A model generated the notes under the pieces. It did no database searches, was not told the DNA's origin, and saw only the letters and a program-made list of their open reading frames with translations. This document shows, piece by piece, positions 25,865-35,301 of a DNA stretch of 64,000 nt (positions are counted from its first letter, which is position 1; each line of letters opens with the position of its first letter). A program made the position numbers and the translations under genes. The DNA is from a virus, in the IMG/VR virus record IMGVR_UViG_3300025133_000085, positions 6,438 to 70,437 of that record; one strand, written 5' to 3'.

Positions 25865-26878
25865 TCACATTTTCTGCGTCAGGTCGTTAATCTCTTCGAT
25901 TAGAGCAACAACGCTCGAAGCTAAGGGGTGGGGGGATTTTTCTAAGTCACCAACGTCGGGAAACTTACTCATCACCTCTTCGATCTCGCCCTTCAGCTCG
26001 CTCGAACCTTCTTTCACGATTCCAGCTATCGCCTGATTGATCGCTTGTGGATCATCGTTTTCGCCCGCCTCGAACTCCTTGATCTTCGTCTCAACCTCGC
26101 GGGAATCGAATTCAGGAGAAATTTGCTTGGCTAGTTTGGTTATCGCCAATAGGTCGTCGGCGGTTTTCGCGGATAACATCTTTTCGAATATCTCTTCGCG
26201 GCGTTTCACGGTATCACGCAAGCTTTCGAGTGACGAAATTGTTTCCTCAAAAAATGCTTGTTGCATACTTTGTAGGTCTATACCTGCAGCTTGAAAAACC
26301 TCTAGTGCCTCGCGGTCTGTACTCGCGATCTTTGCGGCTTCGGAAATCAAATCGCCCACGGGATCGTGACCGGCCGTGATAAAAAACAATTTCGATAACT
26401 GGCCCAACAACCCGGGTTGGTCTTCAATTGCACGTGTGGTGCGACGTTGCTCGTCCGCTAGTTCGTCCTGGGCTTTCTTTATCCAGGAAGGTATTTCGCC
26501 GGCCCCGGCCTCATCGAAAATGAATTTCGTTGCCGCGACCGGCATCGCCACAAGCGCCATGGCGGGATTCAACAAAATCGTATCCGGATTAAAGTCGTAC
26601 GCTCCCAATTGACGAAGCTCATTCTCGATTTCACGTTCGCGATCTTGGCGTCTATCGTAATAGTTCTCAAACTTCTTTAGCGCAGTAGATGTTCTTATGG
26701 AAAAAAATACCCTAAACGGTAACAACATCGCATCGGTGATTCCTGCGATGCTGCGTAAAACAACTTTTGACGCATCTCTTACGTGGGTGATGCCTGCCTT
26801 AAGATCATTCAGGTCAAAAAATTCTTGTAACGTATCTCGTTCTTTCGCTGGCATCTTTACCTCAAGGTTAATTATCAA
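25865..26878 (-). CDS. hypothetical helical protein
   Basis: 337-aa ORF; probable start at MPAKE. Confidence 0.6.
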   Translation of the reverse strand: MIINLEVKMPAKERDTLQEFFDLNDLKAGITHVRDASKVVLRSIAGITDAMLLPFRVFFSIRTSTALKKFENYYDRRQDREREIENELRQLGAYDFNPDTILLNPAMALVAMPVAATKFIFDEAGAGEIPSWIKKAQDELADEQRRTTRAIEDQPGLLGQLSKLFFITAGHDPVGDLISEAAKIASTDREALEVFQAAGIDLQSMQQAFFEETISSLESLRDTVKRREEIFEKMLSAKTADDLLAITKLAKQISPEFDSREVETKIKEFEAGENDDPQAINQAIAGIVKEGSSELKGEIEEVMSKFPDVGDLEKSPHPLASSVVALIEEINDLTQKM

Positions 26879-26890
26879 CAGGAGGTTGCT

Positions 26891-27205
26891 ATGTTCTTTC
26901 TTTTGTTACTGTGCTTATTTTCGTGTCATACCCCAGAAGACGCGCAGGAATTCTTAGAAACGAAAGCAGAGTTCGAAAACAACTGGTGGGAAAGCGATAG
27001 CTGGGGTGTATGTCTTTTGGTCGACCCGAGTGTAGAAATGGTCGTTTTTGATGATGGAGATGATAAGGAATTTTATCCCTATGAGTTTGAAGCGCCCAAC
27101 ATTTATCATCTAGAAGAGTACACGGCCAAGGTGTTTCCCAACGAGTGGTGTTGGGACATCGTCGTGGGTTTGGCACACGAGACGATTTGCGAGTGCACGC
27201 TTTAG
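26891..27205 (+). CDS. putative lipoprotein
   Basis: AGGAGG RBS; MFFLLLLCLFSC lipobox-like signal; TAATTAT at 26869-26875. Confidence 0.6.
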   Translation: MFFLLLLCLFSCHTPEDAQEFLETKAEFENNWWESDSWGVCLLVDPSVEMVVFDDGDDKEFYPYEFEAPNIYHLEEYTAKVFPNEWCWDIVVGLAHETICECTL

Positions 27206-27816
27206 TTGTTTCCCAAAAGTATTTTCTTTAGTGTTCTTTTACCCCTCGCAGATTCACCTACCACGATGGGCGTGTCTTGCGCTGCGACTGCGCGGGGCTT
27301 CTTGTCCTTTGCGACCAGCGTTTTGGTCTCGCTACCGGTTCGCTTGAGCGTCATCTCAATACCATACGGACTCTGTCCCGGTTCCTCGACCTTTTGCGCA
27401 TCCTCGCCACCCGAAATTATCTCTGCGAATGCTTCGAGATAAGCGAGTAGTGCAAGTTTTTCGGCGTCCGTGAGATCGTTAAAGTACGTTTCGAGTTGTG
27501 TACCAATCTCGGCATCGTCGAGTGATTTTCCGCTGCGCACGACGTTAAGCTTATCCTTCACCACGTTATACGTCGGAACAGCAGCAAGCTTTTCCGTCGT
27601 TACGGGTTCCTCGACCTTGGCTTCGGTATCCTCCTCGACTTCGATCTCTTCCTCTTCTTTCACTTGCGCCTCTTGCTTCTTGCGACGTAATCGAAATGGT
27701 TCCTGTCGCTTCGCGGCACGATCCTGTCTAAGCTCTTCGTTTTCTCGCACAAGGTGCTTCTTAAGCAAGCGAAGTTGTCTGGGGTTTATTTTTCTTCTCA
27801 TTTCTTTTTTGCCCAA
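27202..27816 (-). CDS. hypothetical protein with family-A-like N-terminus
   Basis: KINPRQLRLLKKHLVRE; acidic middle. Confidence 0.6.
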   Translation of the reverse strand: MGKKEMRRKINPRQLRLLKKHLVRENEELRQDRAAKRQEPFRLRRKKQEAQVKEEEEIEVEEDTEAKVEEPVTTEKLAAVPTYNVVKDKLNVVRSGKSLDDAEIGTQLETYFNDLTDAEKLALLAYLEAFAEIISGGEDAQKVEEPGQSPYGIEMTLKRTGSETKTLVAKDKKPRAVAAQDTPIVVGESARGKRTLKKILLGNN

Positions 27817-27956
27817 CGTATACGGTGACGATAGTTTTCCCGATGCCTCCGTAGAAGTTTTTCCTGCGGCGTTTCGGGCGCCTCCTTTATATCATTACGG
27901 GGCTGTTCGCGTTGAGCGATGTCCTGCATGAACTTATCAAATTGAAATTTTTTCAT
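27798..27956 (-). CDS. hypothetical protein
   Basis: MKKFQFDK start with GAGG RBS and TACTTAT upstream. Confidence 0.5.
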   Translation of the reverse strand: MKKFQFDKFMQDIAQREQPRNDIKEAPETPQEKLLRRHRENYRHRIRWAKKK

Positions 27957-28357
27957 GTCGAAACCTCGTTTATAAGTATCTCTCCGCCGACGATCCACGA
28001 ATTATCATCGAAACTTACGGAAACTTCGGTGAGTAAAACATTTCGCGTTATTTTTGTGCCACGTAAGACGAGCGTGAGTGTAACCTTCTGCCCTAAGTTT
28101 TCGCACAACCACGCGGGAAACTCTTCGATCAACGAACCGATAACTTTAATCAGATGCGGGGAAAGAAAAAAATTACGATACCCCCCAGTGAAAGTTTGTT
28201 CCCCGTTTTCGCTACGAACGATTAGCATTTCGTCGCCAAGAAAAGAAGTCGATTCCCTTACTCGACCGCGAAGCTCCTCGCTCATAAAGACGTGACCCTC
28301 CATCAGAGCCTCGAATGGCGGACGTCTACAGCACAGTCCGAGAGTCGTTTCGAGCAC
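27953..28357 (-). CDS. hypothetical protein
   Basis: ORF in chain; true start probably internal (MSEELRG). Confidence 0.45.
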   Translation of the reverse strand: MLETTLGLCCRRPPFEALMEGHVFMSEELRGRVRESTSFLGDEMLIVRSENGEQTFTGGYRNFFLSPHLIKVIGSLIEEFPAWLCENLGQKVTLTLVLRGTKITRNVLLTEVSVSFDDNSWIVGGEILINEVST

Positions 28358-28695
28358 TCAAGATCCAGATCGGTAACCATATTGAGGTCCTTCGTCTGTA
28401 ACACGACGAAGACGTCAGTATCACTGACGTTATAGTCTACGTGATGACCCGAAGAGTTTTCGAGCTCCATGATGTCCAACACGAACGCATTTCTGGACCG
28501 TACGTTCGGAAAGGTAAACTGTCTTTCAAGTTTTTTTCCACACGGACTTAAGGCCCAGTCCGAAGATACGGGACTTACGGGAAACTCGTTATACGAATCC
28601 AAGTGCATCTCGCGTAGCGGTGGCAAAAAATCGTACCTCGACCGATCGCTATCTTGCAGGTATTCGTCCATGATTTCGCTAATCTTCCTTCGCAT
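28303..28695 (-). CDS. pterin-4-alpha-carbinolamine dehydratase-like protein
   Basis: W...KLERQFTF...FV..I.ELE...HH.D...L.T.D...VTDLD. Confidence 0.65.
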   Translation of the reverse strand: MRRKISEIMDEYLQDSDRSRYDFLPPLREMHLDSYNEFPVSPVSSDWALSPCGKKLERQFTFPNVRSRNAFVLDIMELENSSGHHVDYNVSDTDVFVVLQTKDLNMVTDLDLECSKRLSDCAVDVRHSRL

Positions 28696-29980
28696 CGAGT
28701 TCGTCCTGAAAGGATTGGGTTTCTTCTAGCGCAGCCAGAATCTCTTTTTCTTTTCTCGCCTTACCCAAACCGTCCCAACGCTCGCGGGCGAGGGCGCCAA
28801 TATCGAATCCTTCCAGATCCGCCAAGTCCTTAAGGGTAGGATACATCGATTTGAGTCTGTCGAGTAGTTCGTCTACGCCGACCGAAGACCCCTGCTCGCT
28901 TACGTCCTTTTGAATCTTCGTTTTAAGTTTTTCGGGTGTTGTCATCGATTCGCCAAAAAGAATGTTCGCTACGGTCGCGGCGGACCTTTTTGGAAACCCG
29001 CTTCTGACTAATCGACCCTCGATATCTTTACGCGTCTGTCGATATATCTTGTTGTAAATGGGTAAGATGAACGACTTCACGAAGAAGAACCGGTACGAAT
29101 CCAAGCCACGAACTACATCCCTGTTTAGTTTAAGTTCATCTACATCATCTTCTTCTACGTGAGGCGTGATGCCCCGAATAAACTGAATGGTGGCGTATGT
29201 TTGCAATCCTGTCAACTGTTGCGGGGACATCAACCGATCCACCACATTTGTCCGTCTAACGATTCTTGCCACGGACTGTCTCGCACCAGACGCTTTCTTC
29301 AACCCAAGTTCCTTGGCCAAATCCTCAAGATTCATTCCGTCGCGGGTGACCTCTATGGGTTCCACGACGTCTTTGATCTCTACCTCTTCTTCCGTCTCAC
29401 CCCTGATCTTATGGATGGGATCCTTGGACGTACCAATGTCTGACCACGGTACGAAAGCCTTTTGGGACTTGAGTTGTGCGATCATGTCATCCAACTCCTT
29501 TCGCTCCTCCTCATCCATGTCGGCGTAAAGCTCTTCGTCGTCGAGGTCTTCCCAGTACAATGAAGATTGCGGGTTCGCTTCCACGATGACGCCCTCCGCA
29601 ACTCGATCGCCTAAAGTTTGCTTCACCGTTCGATATAGCTTCGCAAGGTCTTCCGCGGAGAGATCGTCAGCCAACGCCTGCATCGCCAAGCCAAATTGAG
29701 CCACTGACGCGGGAACATATTCATCATCATTAATAGGAGGCATTTCACCGGTCAACTGTGCTGTCATCTCCGCCGACGGAATCAAGGGCACCTCTTCGCC
29801 CATGGTATCGTTCGGAGCGGCCTTTACTGTTTGTTGGATCATCGTGGTATTTCCAACGGCCGGATCGAACCCCGTATCATTGCCCGGTGCTAAAGTCCTG
29901 CTTCCAAAGTCTTCGCGTAAAGCGCCTTCGAACAAGACGGCTTCGACGAGTTTGTCCAACGCTCTTCGTTGTTTGTTCAT
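28679..29980 (-). CDS. hypothetical protein with possible HTH
   Basis: 433 aa; MNLEDLAKELGL..SGARQ; TACTTAT upstream. Confidence 0.6.
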   Translation of the reverse strand: MNKQRRALDKLVEAVLFEGALREDFGSRTLAPGNDTGFDPAVGNTTMIQQTVKAAPNDTMGEEVPLIPSAEMTAQLTGEMPPINDDEYVPASVAQFGLAMQALADDLSAEDLAKLYRTVKQTLGDRVAEGVIVEANPQSSLYWEDLDDEELYADMDEEERKELDDMIAQLKSQKAFVPWSDIGTSKDPIHKIRGETEEEVEIKDVVEPIEVTRDGMNLEDLAKELGLKKASGARQSVARIVRRTNVVDRLMSPQQLTGLQTYATIQFIRGITPHVEEDDVDELKLNRDVVRGLDSYRFFFVKSFILPIYNKIYRQTRKDIEGRLVRSGFPKRSAATVANILFGESMTTPEKLKTKIQKDVSEQGSSVGVDELLDRLKSMYPTLKDLADLEGFDIGALARERWDGLGKARKEKEILAALEETQSFQDELDAKED

Positions 29981-30018
29981 TAAATCACCTCAGCAATAAG
30001 TATTTCATTCTATCGCTA

Positions 30019-30999
30019 TTAAAACTTCGTTCCCAAACTAAGATGCCCCGAAGGCTGGGCATGAATATCTATCGCCACGCCGACGTGAATCCACAAATCG
30101 GTAATCACGGGAACGTGCGCGGCGATGTTATACCCCACAGCGTCGATACCGAATTGCGCGGTTTGACCATTAGCACCGATACGAATGCCCAGAACATCGA
30201 CGTTTTCGTGTGGATGTAAAAACGACAAAAAAACCGACCCCAACAAATCGGGTTGTTCCGTAGCCGAGAACGTTAGACCGACCCCGATATGAGGCTCAAA
30301 GAGAGGTTGTTCGTTTATCGATCTCACCTCTAGAGAATCGATAGGAAACTCCATGAAGCTATCAGGATCCGCGGTCGAAGATATCTGTAATAAACCGGAC
30401 GTGGTTTTTTCCGAAATGATGACGGAATTTCTGAACGTCAAACCGTACGTCTCGAAAGTGTAGGGTTTCTCGACTTCCGGATCGTACGCGAATCTCGCGA
30501 CCGCTAGTCTATCGTCCAACAAGAACACGTGTTCTGAAGGTAAGTCGACGGTCTCAAGAACGGGTTTGGATGGCTCTATCACCGTCTCTGTTATCGTAAT
30601 GTAGCGAATCTTTTCCGGTCTTGCCTGTAGCTGTGCGACCAGATCTAGCAGCTCCGTGTTTTTATCGGACAGTTGTCGAATCGATTTTTCTAAGGTGGAC
30701 GACTTATTTCTTACAATCTCGACCTCTTCGTATAGCTTTTCTTTCGAAGAGAGTAGCTCCGTAAAAGACTTCGCTGCCGAATCCCTTTCGATTTTTGCGC
30801 CTATCGCATAACCCCCAGCTAGGGCAACCAATAAGACGATAGCCAGTAACACGAGTTGAGTCCTGACTTTCATTAATTCCATACGTCTGGGTCTTCTTTC
30901 TTTTCGATTGCCCGCTCGGATTCTAGCTGCGTCTGTGCTACCTGCGCGATTCGTATCAGCGTCTCGAATTCGACCATAAATTCCGATTGGGCCCGACAA
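30019..30999 (-). CDS. membrane-anchored coiled-coil protein with beta-rich C-terminus
   Basis: TM LVLLAIVLLVALAGGYAIG, heptad region, ends ..LSLGTKF; real start probably near 30882. Confidence 0.55.
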   Translation of the reverse strand: MSGPIGIYGRIRDADTNRAGSTDAARIRAGNRKERRPRRMELMKVRTQLVLLAIVLLVALAGGYAIGAKIERDSAAKSFTELLSSKEKLYEEVEIVRNKSSTLEKSIRQLSDKNTELLDLVAQLQARPEKIRYITITETVIEPSKPVLETVDLPSEHVFLLDDRLAVARFAYDPEVEKPYTFETYGLTFRNSVIISEKTTSGLLQISSTADPDSFMEFPIDSLEVRSINEQPLFEPHIGVGLTFSATEQPDLLGSVFLSFLHPHENVDVLGIRIGANGQTAQFGIDAVGYNIAAHVPVITDLWIHVGVAIDIHAQPSGHLSLGTKF

Positions 31000-31169
31000 A
31001 CATCGCCAAGTACATTTTGCGTCTTTATTAACGCGATCCGTAGTTCACCCACTTGTCGTGTAAGATCTTCGACGCATCCATTCAACGCGTCAATTTTTTG
31101 CGAGTGGGTTACCTCTTTCGATCGCTCGAAAAATCGACTCAGCATCTGTCGCAGCCACTTTGGTAACAA
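30873..31169 (-). CDS. coiled-coil hypothetical protein
   Basis: Heptad pattern; overlapping chain. Confidence 0.45.
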   Translation of the reverse strand: MLPKWLRQMLSRFFERSKEVTHSQKIDALNGCVEDLTRQVGELRIALIKTQNVLGDVCRAQSEFMVEFETLIRIAQVAQTQLESERAIEKKEDPDVWN

Positions 31170-31377
31170 TTTTCTCTCTCTTTTCTCGTTCTAGCCTTTG
31201 TAGTATCGAAACCATACGATCATCACGATCTACTAAAAGCTTCGTAAATTCCCTAAAAACCTGTTGCATAGACAGACCATGATCGATCAGTAGCTTTCTA
31301 AGTTCAGCGTGCGTTGATCTTGTGAGCGTGATATGAACGGACGTTCTTGTCTCAAAATCAACGTATCGATCACTCAC
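31090..31377 (-). CDS. ribbon-helix-helix-like DNA-binding protein
   Basis: TSVHITLTRSTHAELRKLL...LSMQQVF. Confidence 0.55.
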   Translation of the reverse strand: MSDRYVDFETRTSVHITLTRSTHAELRKLLIDHGLSMQQVFREFTKLLVDRDDRMVSILQRLEREKREKIVTKVAATDAESIFRAIERGNPLAKN

Positions 31378-32159
31378 ACAACACCGCCGCCGCCACCGCC
31401 CGACGTGCCAACGGCAACAGGTTGTTCGATCTCCTCCTCTTCTCCAATAACGATCCCGTGCTTAACATCGAGCAACTCAAGAAACTCTTCAGCTAATTCT
31501 TCATTATAATGTGACGTGAGAAACTGTATAGCCTTGTTAACGATAATGGCTTCCATATCTAAAAGATTATCGTAGTTCATAACCAAGCGCGCGACATCGG
31601 TCGTAAACCTGTCAACGTCCAAATCGCCCTCGACTTCCTCGATAAGGTACCTGCGCAAAGAGTATCGCGACTCGGACTGAACCACTGCGGACTTTCTTGC
31701 CTTCGACTCGTAATCGACGAGGATAGATTCAAGCGCATCGTCGACGGACTTACCAAGCTCCTCAGTTTCCGAAGGCGTAACATCCACTACTTCCTCTTCC
31801 TCTTCCTCTTCGGCTTCGGCTTCGGTTTCGGCTTCCTCTCCGCCCTCGGCTTCGTCGCCTCCACCCTCGTCACCGACATCACCCTCATCACCTTCATCTT
31901 CACCTGCCTCATCGTCTCCGAAAATATCCTCCGTTTCTTCCTCCTCGTCCTCCTCGGGTTGTTCGAGCAAGACCTTCAAGCTAAACCGTCTGGATTCCGA
32001 AAACTCTTTCTTTTCTTTTTTTGCCTCAATTTCTTCGTCGGTCTCCTCTTCGTCGGCGAACGTTCGTTCATCGGAAGCCTCGGCCGCTTCGCCTGCGGCG
32101 GTCTCACGCATCAAGCGACTTCGCGTGTTCCTGCGCACTTCTTCGAAATTCAAACTCAT
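31374..32159 (-). CDS. highly acidic protein (possible head scaffold/core)
   Basis: E/D/G-rich tract; FSLKVLLE and YSLRRYLIE motifs. Confidence 0.6.
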   Translation of the reverse strand: MSLNFEEVRRNTRSRLMRETAAGEAAEASDERTFADEEETDEEIEAKKEKKEFSESRRFSLKVLLEQPEEDEEEETEDIFGDDEAGEDEGDEGDVGDEGGGDEAEGGEEAETEAEAEEEEEEEVVDVTPSETEELGKSVDDALESILVDYESKARKSAVVQSESRYSLRRYLIEEVEGDLDVDRFTTDVARLVMNYDNLLDMEAIIVNKAIQFLTSHYNEELAEEFLELLDVKHGIVIGEEEEIEQPVAVGTSGGGGGGVV

Positions 32160-32854
32160 AACCGTCGTCCCTCGTATGCCGCGGCCGCAGCTTCCGCTCG
32201 CTTAACACGCGCCTCGATTCTATCCCACGCAAGCTCTTTCATCATAGCAAAAATGTAAGACTTACGATCGTCTAGATAATCCTTAACGTAAAGCTGCGGC
32301 ATCACACACAACGAGATAATAGGCACGATCGAAGGAGGAAGTGGATGGTTATCATCGACTATGAGATTCATGTATCGACGCAACTCGAAATTGTAGGCCG
32401 TCACCGAGTAACACGTGCTGCCTATCGCACACGCTATGAAGTCCTTTTGCCACAAATCGAATGAACCGAAATCCCTTTCGAGTCGCATAAACGCTAAAGA
32501 GTCCATCGTCAACACAGACTGAACGTCGGAAATATTGGTAACGTGAAGACCCAATAAAAAGCTAAGTTGTAAGAGTCTTCCTTCTTGAGCTTTCAACGCG
32601 ACGTATCGAGACGCGTTTGGCATTGCCAAGTCGCGAGATGCGGTATCGAGTTCCGCGCTTACGAAATTCAACTCCGTGGCGTAGGAATCAATCATATCCT
32701 TTAAGATCTGTTTCGACTTCAAGCTCAATAGCTCCGTCGTAACTTCTATCACAGGCGTCTGAACTACGTACGATTCGTTAAGTCCCATTTCGCTTCTGAT
32801 CTTTTCCTTTATCGCCTTTACGTCTATAAGCTCTTCGAGTTTCACCTGCATCAC
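32156..32854 (-). CDS. Fe/Mn superoxide dismutase-fold protein with degenerate metal site
   Basis: ERDFGSFD.W..DF and PII.L.V....Y..DY...R..Y......L.W..IE.R; DVWEHAY is replaced by CVMPQLY. Confidence 0.6.
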   Translation of the reverse strand: MMQVKLEELIDVKAIKEKIRSEMGLNESYVVQTPVIEVTTELLSLKSKQILKDMIDSYATELNFVSAELDTASRDLAMPNASRYVALKAQEGRLLQLSFLLGLHVTNISDVQSVLTMDSLAFMRLERDFGSFDLWQKDFIACAIGSTCYSVTAYNFELRRYMNLIVDDNHPLPPSIVPIISLCVMPQLYVKDYLDDRKSYIFAMMKELAWDRIEARVKRAEAAAAAYEGRRL

Positions 32855-33168
32855 TTCACCTCGTAATCCTTTTCGAACTCGCCTTGGGTTACGATAAAAT
32901 CGCCCTCACCCTCGACCTCCTCTGTGTATCCTGGCGGCGTGAAGCGAGCTTCCTCCGGCGCTCTCAATACAATACTCATGCCGGAGTCTTCGCGACCTCG
33001 AATGATTTCTGCAACGGTATACTCAAACTGCGATGGGATATGTCTAACCTTTAGATCTTTCGCAATGACCATGTTCCCACGTTCATCATACACGTCTGCC
33101 TCATCCAGGTTCTCGACAATCCTGCGAAGTAAAACCCTGCGCATCGACTCAACTATCGTTTTGTTCAT
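32851..33168 (-). CDS. hypothetical protein
   Basis: 105-aa ORF in chain. Confidence 0.55.
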   Translation of the reverse strand: MNKTIVESMRRVLLRRIVENLDEADVYDERGNMVIAKDLKVRHIPSQFEYTVAEIIRGREDSGMSIVLRAPEEARFTPPGYTEEVEGEGDFIVTQGEFEKDYEVK

Positions 33169-34330
33169 TACTCAACCCCGCTAAAATCATCCACCTATTA
33201 GAACCCACGCGCTGTCTCGATTCGAAAAGCTCTCTATCCGCAACAGCATTCATCAAACTAATAAACCTTTTCCTGTTTTTCGTATTGGGTTTATTAACAA
33301 CGGCTTGTACAACCTCTTTCCACGATTCGTCTCTAAACTCAACGCCCTTCTCAGGATCATCCGGATCTTTGTACTTAAACATAGTTCCGACGAGCTTCAC
33401 TTTCCCAGCGGGCGCAGGAGCTTCCTCAGCTTCCTCCTCAGCTTCCTCCTCAGCTTCCTCTTCGCCCTCACCCCCGACATCGTCTTCGACCGCTTCTTCT
33501 TCAAACTCGCCAGATTCCCCCGCCTCGATACTCGCCTCAACATCGTCCTGTACGGCGCCGAGAGTGTCCTGAAGTACTTGTTGCGTCTCTTCTCGTCCCG
33601 AACCCATTTCGGCTGCAACGGCTGCGGGTGGTTCGAAGCCTATAATGGAAGCAAGGGGAATGCTCAAAAAATCCGTTAACATCGCCTGATCATCGGGCGG
33701 TGTCGTTTCCCAACCAATCCATCGTTGTAGCTTCTTCAAAAAGCCTTTTGCGGGCTGCGGTGGTTGATACGCTCTTGTGATTCCCTTCTTTATTTGTGCG
33801 GGCGTCAACGTCCAATCCTCGACCTTTTCGATGAACTCGCTAAAGGGCGCGTTGTTGTAGAGTTCGAGTTCCTCGGAAGACAGCGTGCCGGCCTTCGCTT
33901 TTGCGACGACTTCGTTCTTTCCTAGATTTTGCTTTAGTACCTCGAACGCTTTTACTATACTAGCATTCGCTGATGTGATCTTATCTATTGCGACCGTGGC
34001 CTTAGAGATTTCCGCGGCGAGGCGATCCTTTCCGACGCCCTCCAAACCCAAGGCAATCACGCTATCAGGAGTAGGAAGTTCCTTCGCGATGTTCTTCATG
34101 AACTTTTTCGACGTAGTAAACCCTTGTCCAGGCATGTTATTCGCTAGCGCTTGGAGCGAATCCCGGGCTTCTTTTGCTTGCGTCGCCAGTTGTTGGAGCT
34201 CGTCGTCGGTTACTTCTTCCATAAGCAAGCGAAGAGACCCTTCGCGTAACAACGGTCCCGCGTCAAAGTCGATGGACATCCACACTTTTTGAGCCAACGC
34301 TTCGCGGAATCGCTTGTTTTCCAAATTCAT
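33149..34330 (-). CDS. large acidic hypothetical protein (probable head-associated)
   Basis: ATG 34330 downstream of TACTTAT; EEEA repeat; C-terminal RWMILAGL. Confidence 0.6.
   Translation of the reverse strand: MNLENKRFREALAQKVWMSIDFDAGPLLREGSLRLLMEEVTDDELQQLATQAKEARDSLQALANNMPGQGFTTSKKFMKNIAKELPTPDSVIALGLEGVGKDRLAAEISKATVAIDKITSANASIVKAFEVLKQNLGKNEVVAKAKAGTLSSEELELYNNAPFSEFIEKVEDWTLTPAQIKKGITRAYQPPQPAKGFLKKLQRWIGWETTPPDDQAMLTDFLSIPLASIIGFEPPAAVAAEMGSGREETQQVLQDTLGAVQDDVEASIEAGESGEFEEEAVEDDVGGEGEEEAEEEAEEEAEEAPAPAGKVKLVGTMFKYKDPDDPEKGVEFRDESWKEVVQAVVNKPNTKNRKRFISLMNAVADRELFESRQRVGSNRWMILAGLSNEQNDS
33418..33460 (-). repeat. 12-bp coding tandem repeat (EEEA x3)
   Basis: agcttcctcctc units on the + strand. 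Confidence 0.7.
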
Positions 34331-34358
34331 TATCAAGTCCGGTTCTGGCTTATAAGTA

Positions 34359-34778
34359 TCAATCCCGGTTGTATTTGCGAAATTCAATACTGGCGTCGCG
34401 AAAGATATCGAGACTAGACACGTCGCGATACTCCTCAGCGTAAATCACCTCGTCGATCCCACCATTTACGATGGCCTTTGCACAGGCCCTGCACGGCGAA
34501 AGCGTAACATACATTTTCTTACGCTTCGGGTTATTATAGTCCAGTTTTATGAGCGCATTAATCTCCGCGTGGATCATACCGGACTGACCCGGCGTCGTAG
34601 ACTCAACTTCGTTTGGACCCCCTGAGTAGTTACCGTTATACCCGACCGAAAGCACCTGAGTATTATCCACGGTAACAACGATGGCCCCCACTTGATGACG
34701 AGGATCGTAAGAACGTCGCGCGACTGTCTGGGCGACGCTCATCCATATTTCATCCCAATCAGGTCGCGTCGTCGTCAT
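34359..34778 (-). CDS. dCMP deaminase
   Basis: VGAIVV..GYNG..HAEINA..TLSPCRACAK. Confidence 0.9.
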   Translation of the reverse strand: MTTTRPDWDEIWMSVAQTVARRSYDPRHQVGAIVVTVDNTQVLSVGYNGNYSGGPNEVESTTPGQSGMIHAEINALIKLDYNNPKRKKMYVTLSPCRACAKAIVNGGIDEVIYAEEYRDVSSLDIFRDASIEFRKYNRD

Positions 34779-35301
34779 TTATCTCATCTCCCCATGCGTC
34801 CCAGCCTGGACGTTGATGTCGTGCGAACAGCTCCAAGTAAGGACCGTGACTACGTGATTCAACCAAGTCATAAAGTTGAGTCGGTTTTGCGCTATGGCGG
34901 GTAGGTTTCACCAAATCCTGGCCTATCAACGTAGAAACGCTATTGGACGCTGTACGATTGGCAAAGCCCTTCCCTTTTACGGCGAATAGACAAAGTTCGT
35001 GTTGTCCCCTAAAGTATCTCCCCAAACCAAATCTAGATTTTGCCCACACCAGATTGGTGATATATCGAAACCCTAAGTGCTCGATTATCCTAAGCGCTTC
35101 GGGTAAATGATTGTTAGCGACCCAAAGGTAAAGATGAGCGTCATCGGCGACCTTATCTTCTAGTAAATTGGTCATGACGCTTTTAATCTCGCGTTCTTTC
35201 ATGATACCGTAATGTTTGTCGGCGCCGCGTTTAATCTTTCCTCCACCCCTTTGATACCATGGCGGATCGGCAACAATCGTGGAATATTTTTTAGACATCA
35301 C
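34759..35301 (-). CDS. MT-A70 family (N6-adenine) methyltransferase
   Basis: IVADPPW, LYLW, GFRY, E.CL, HSAKP, LELFAR...GWDAWGDE. Confidence 0.88.
   Translation of the reverse strand: MMSKKYSTIVADPPWYQRGGGKIKRGADKHYGIMKEREIKSVMTNLLEDKVADDAHLYLWVANNHLPEALRIIEHLGFRYITNLVWAKSRFGLGRYFRGQHELCLFAVKGKGFANRTASNSVSTLIGQDLVKPTRHSAKPTQLYDLVESRSHGPYLELFARHQRPGWDAWGDEINDDDAT

Noticed and set aside
33418-33460. Tandem repeat as a phase-variation element
   Set aside because: The 12-bp in-frame unit simply encodes a low-complexity EEEA linker.
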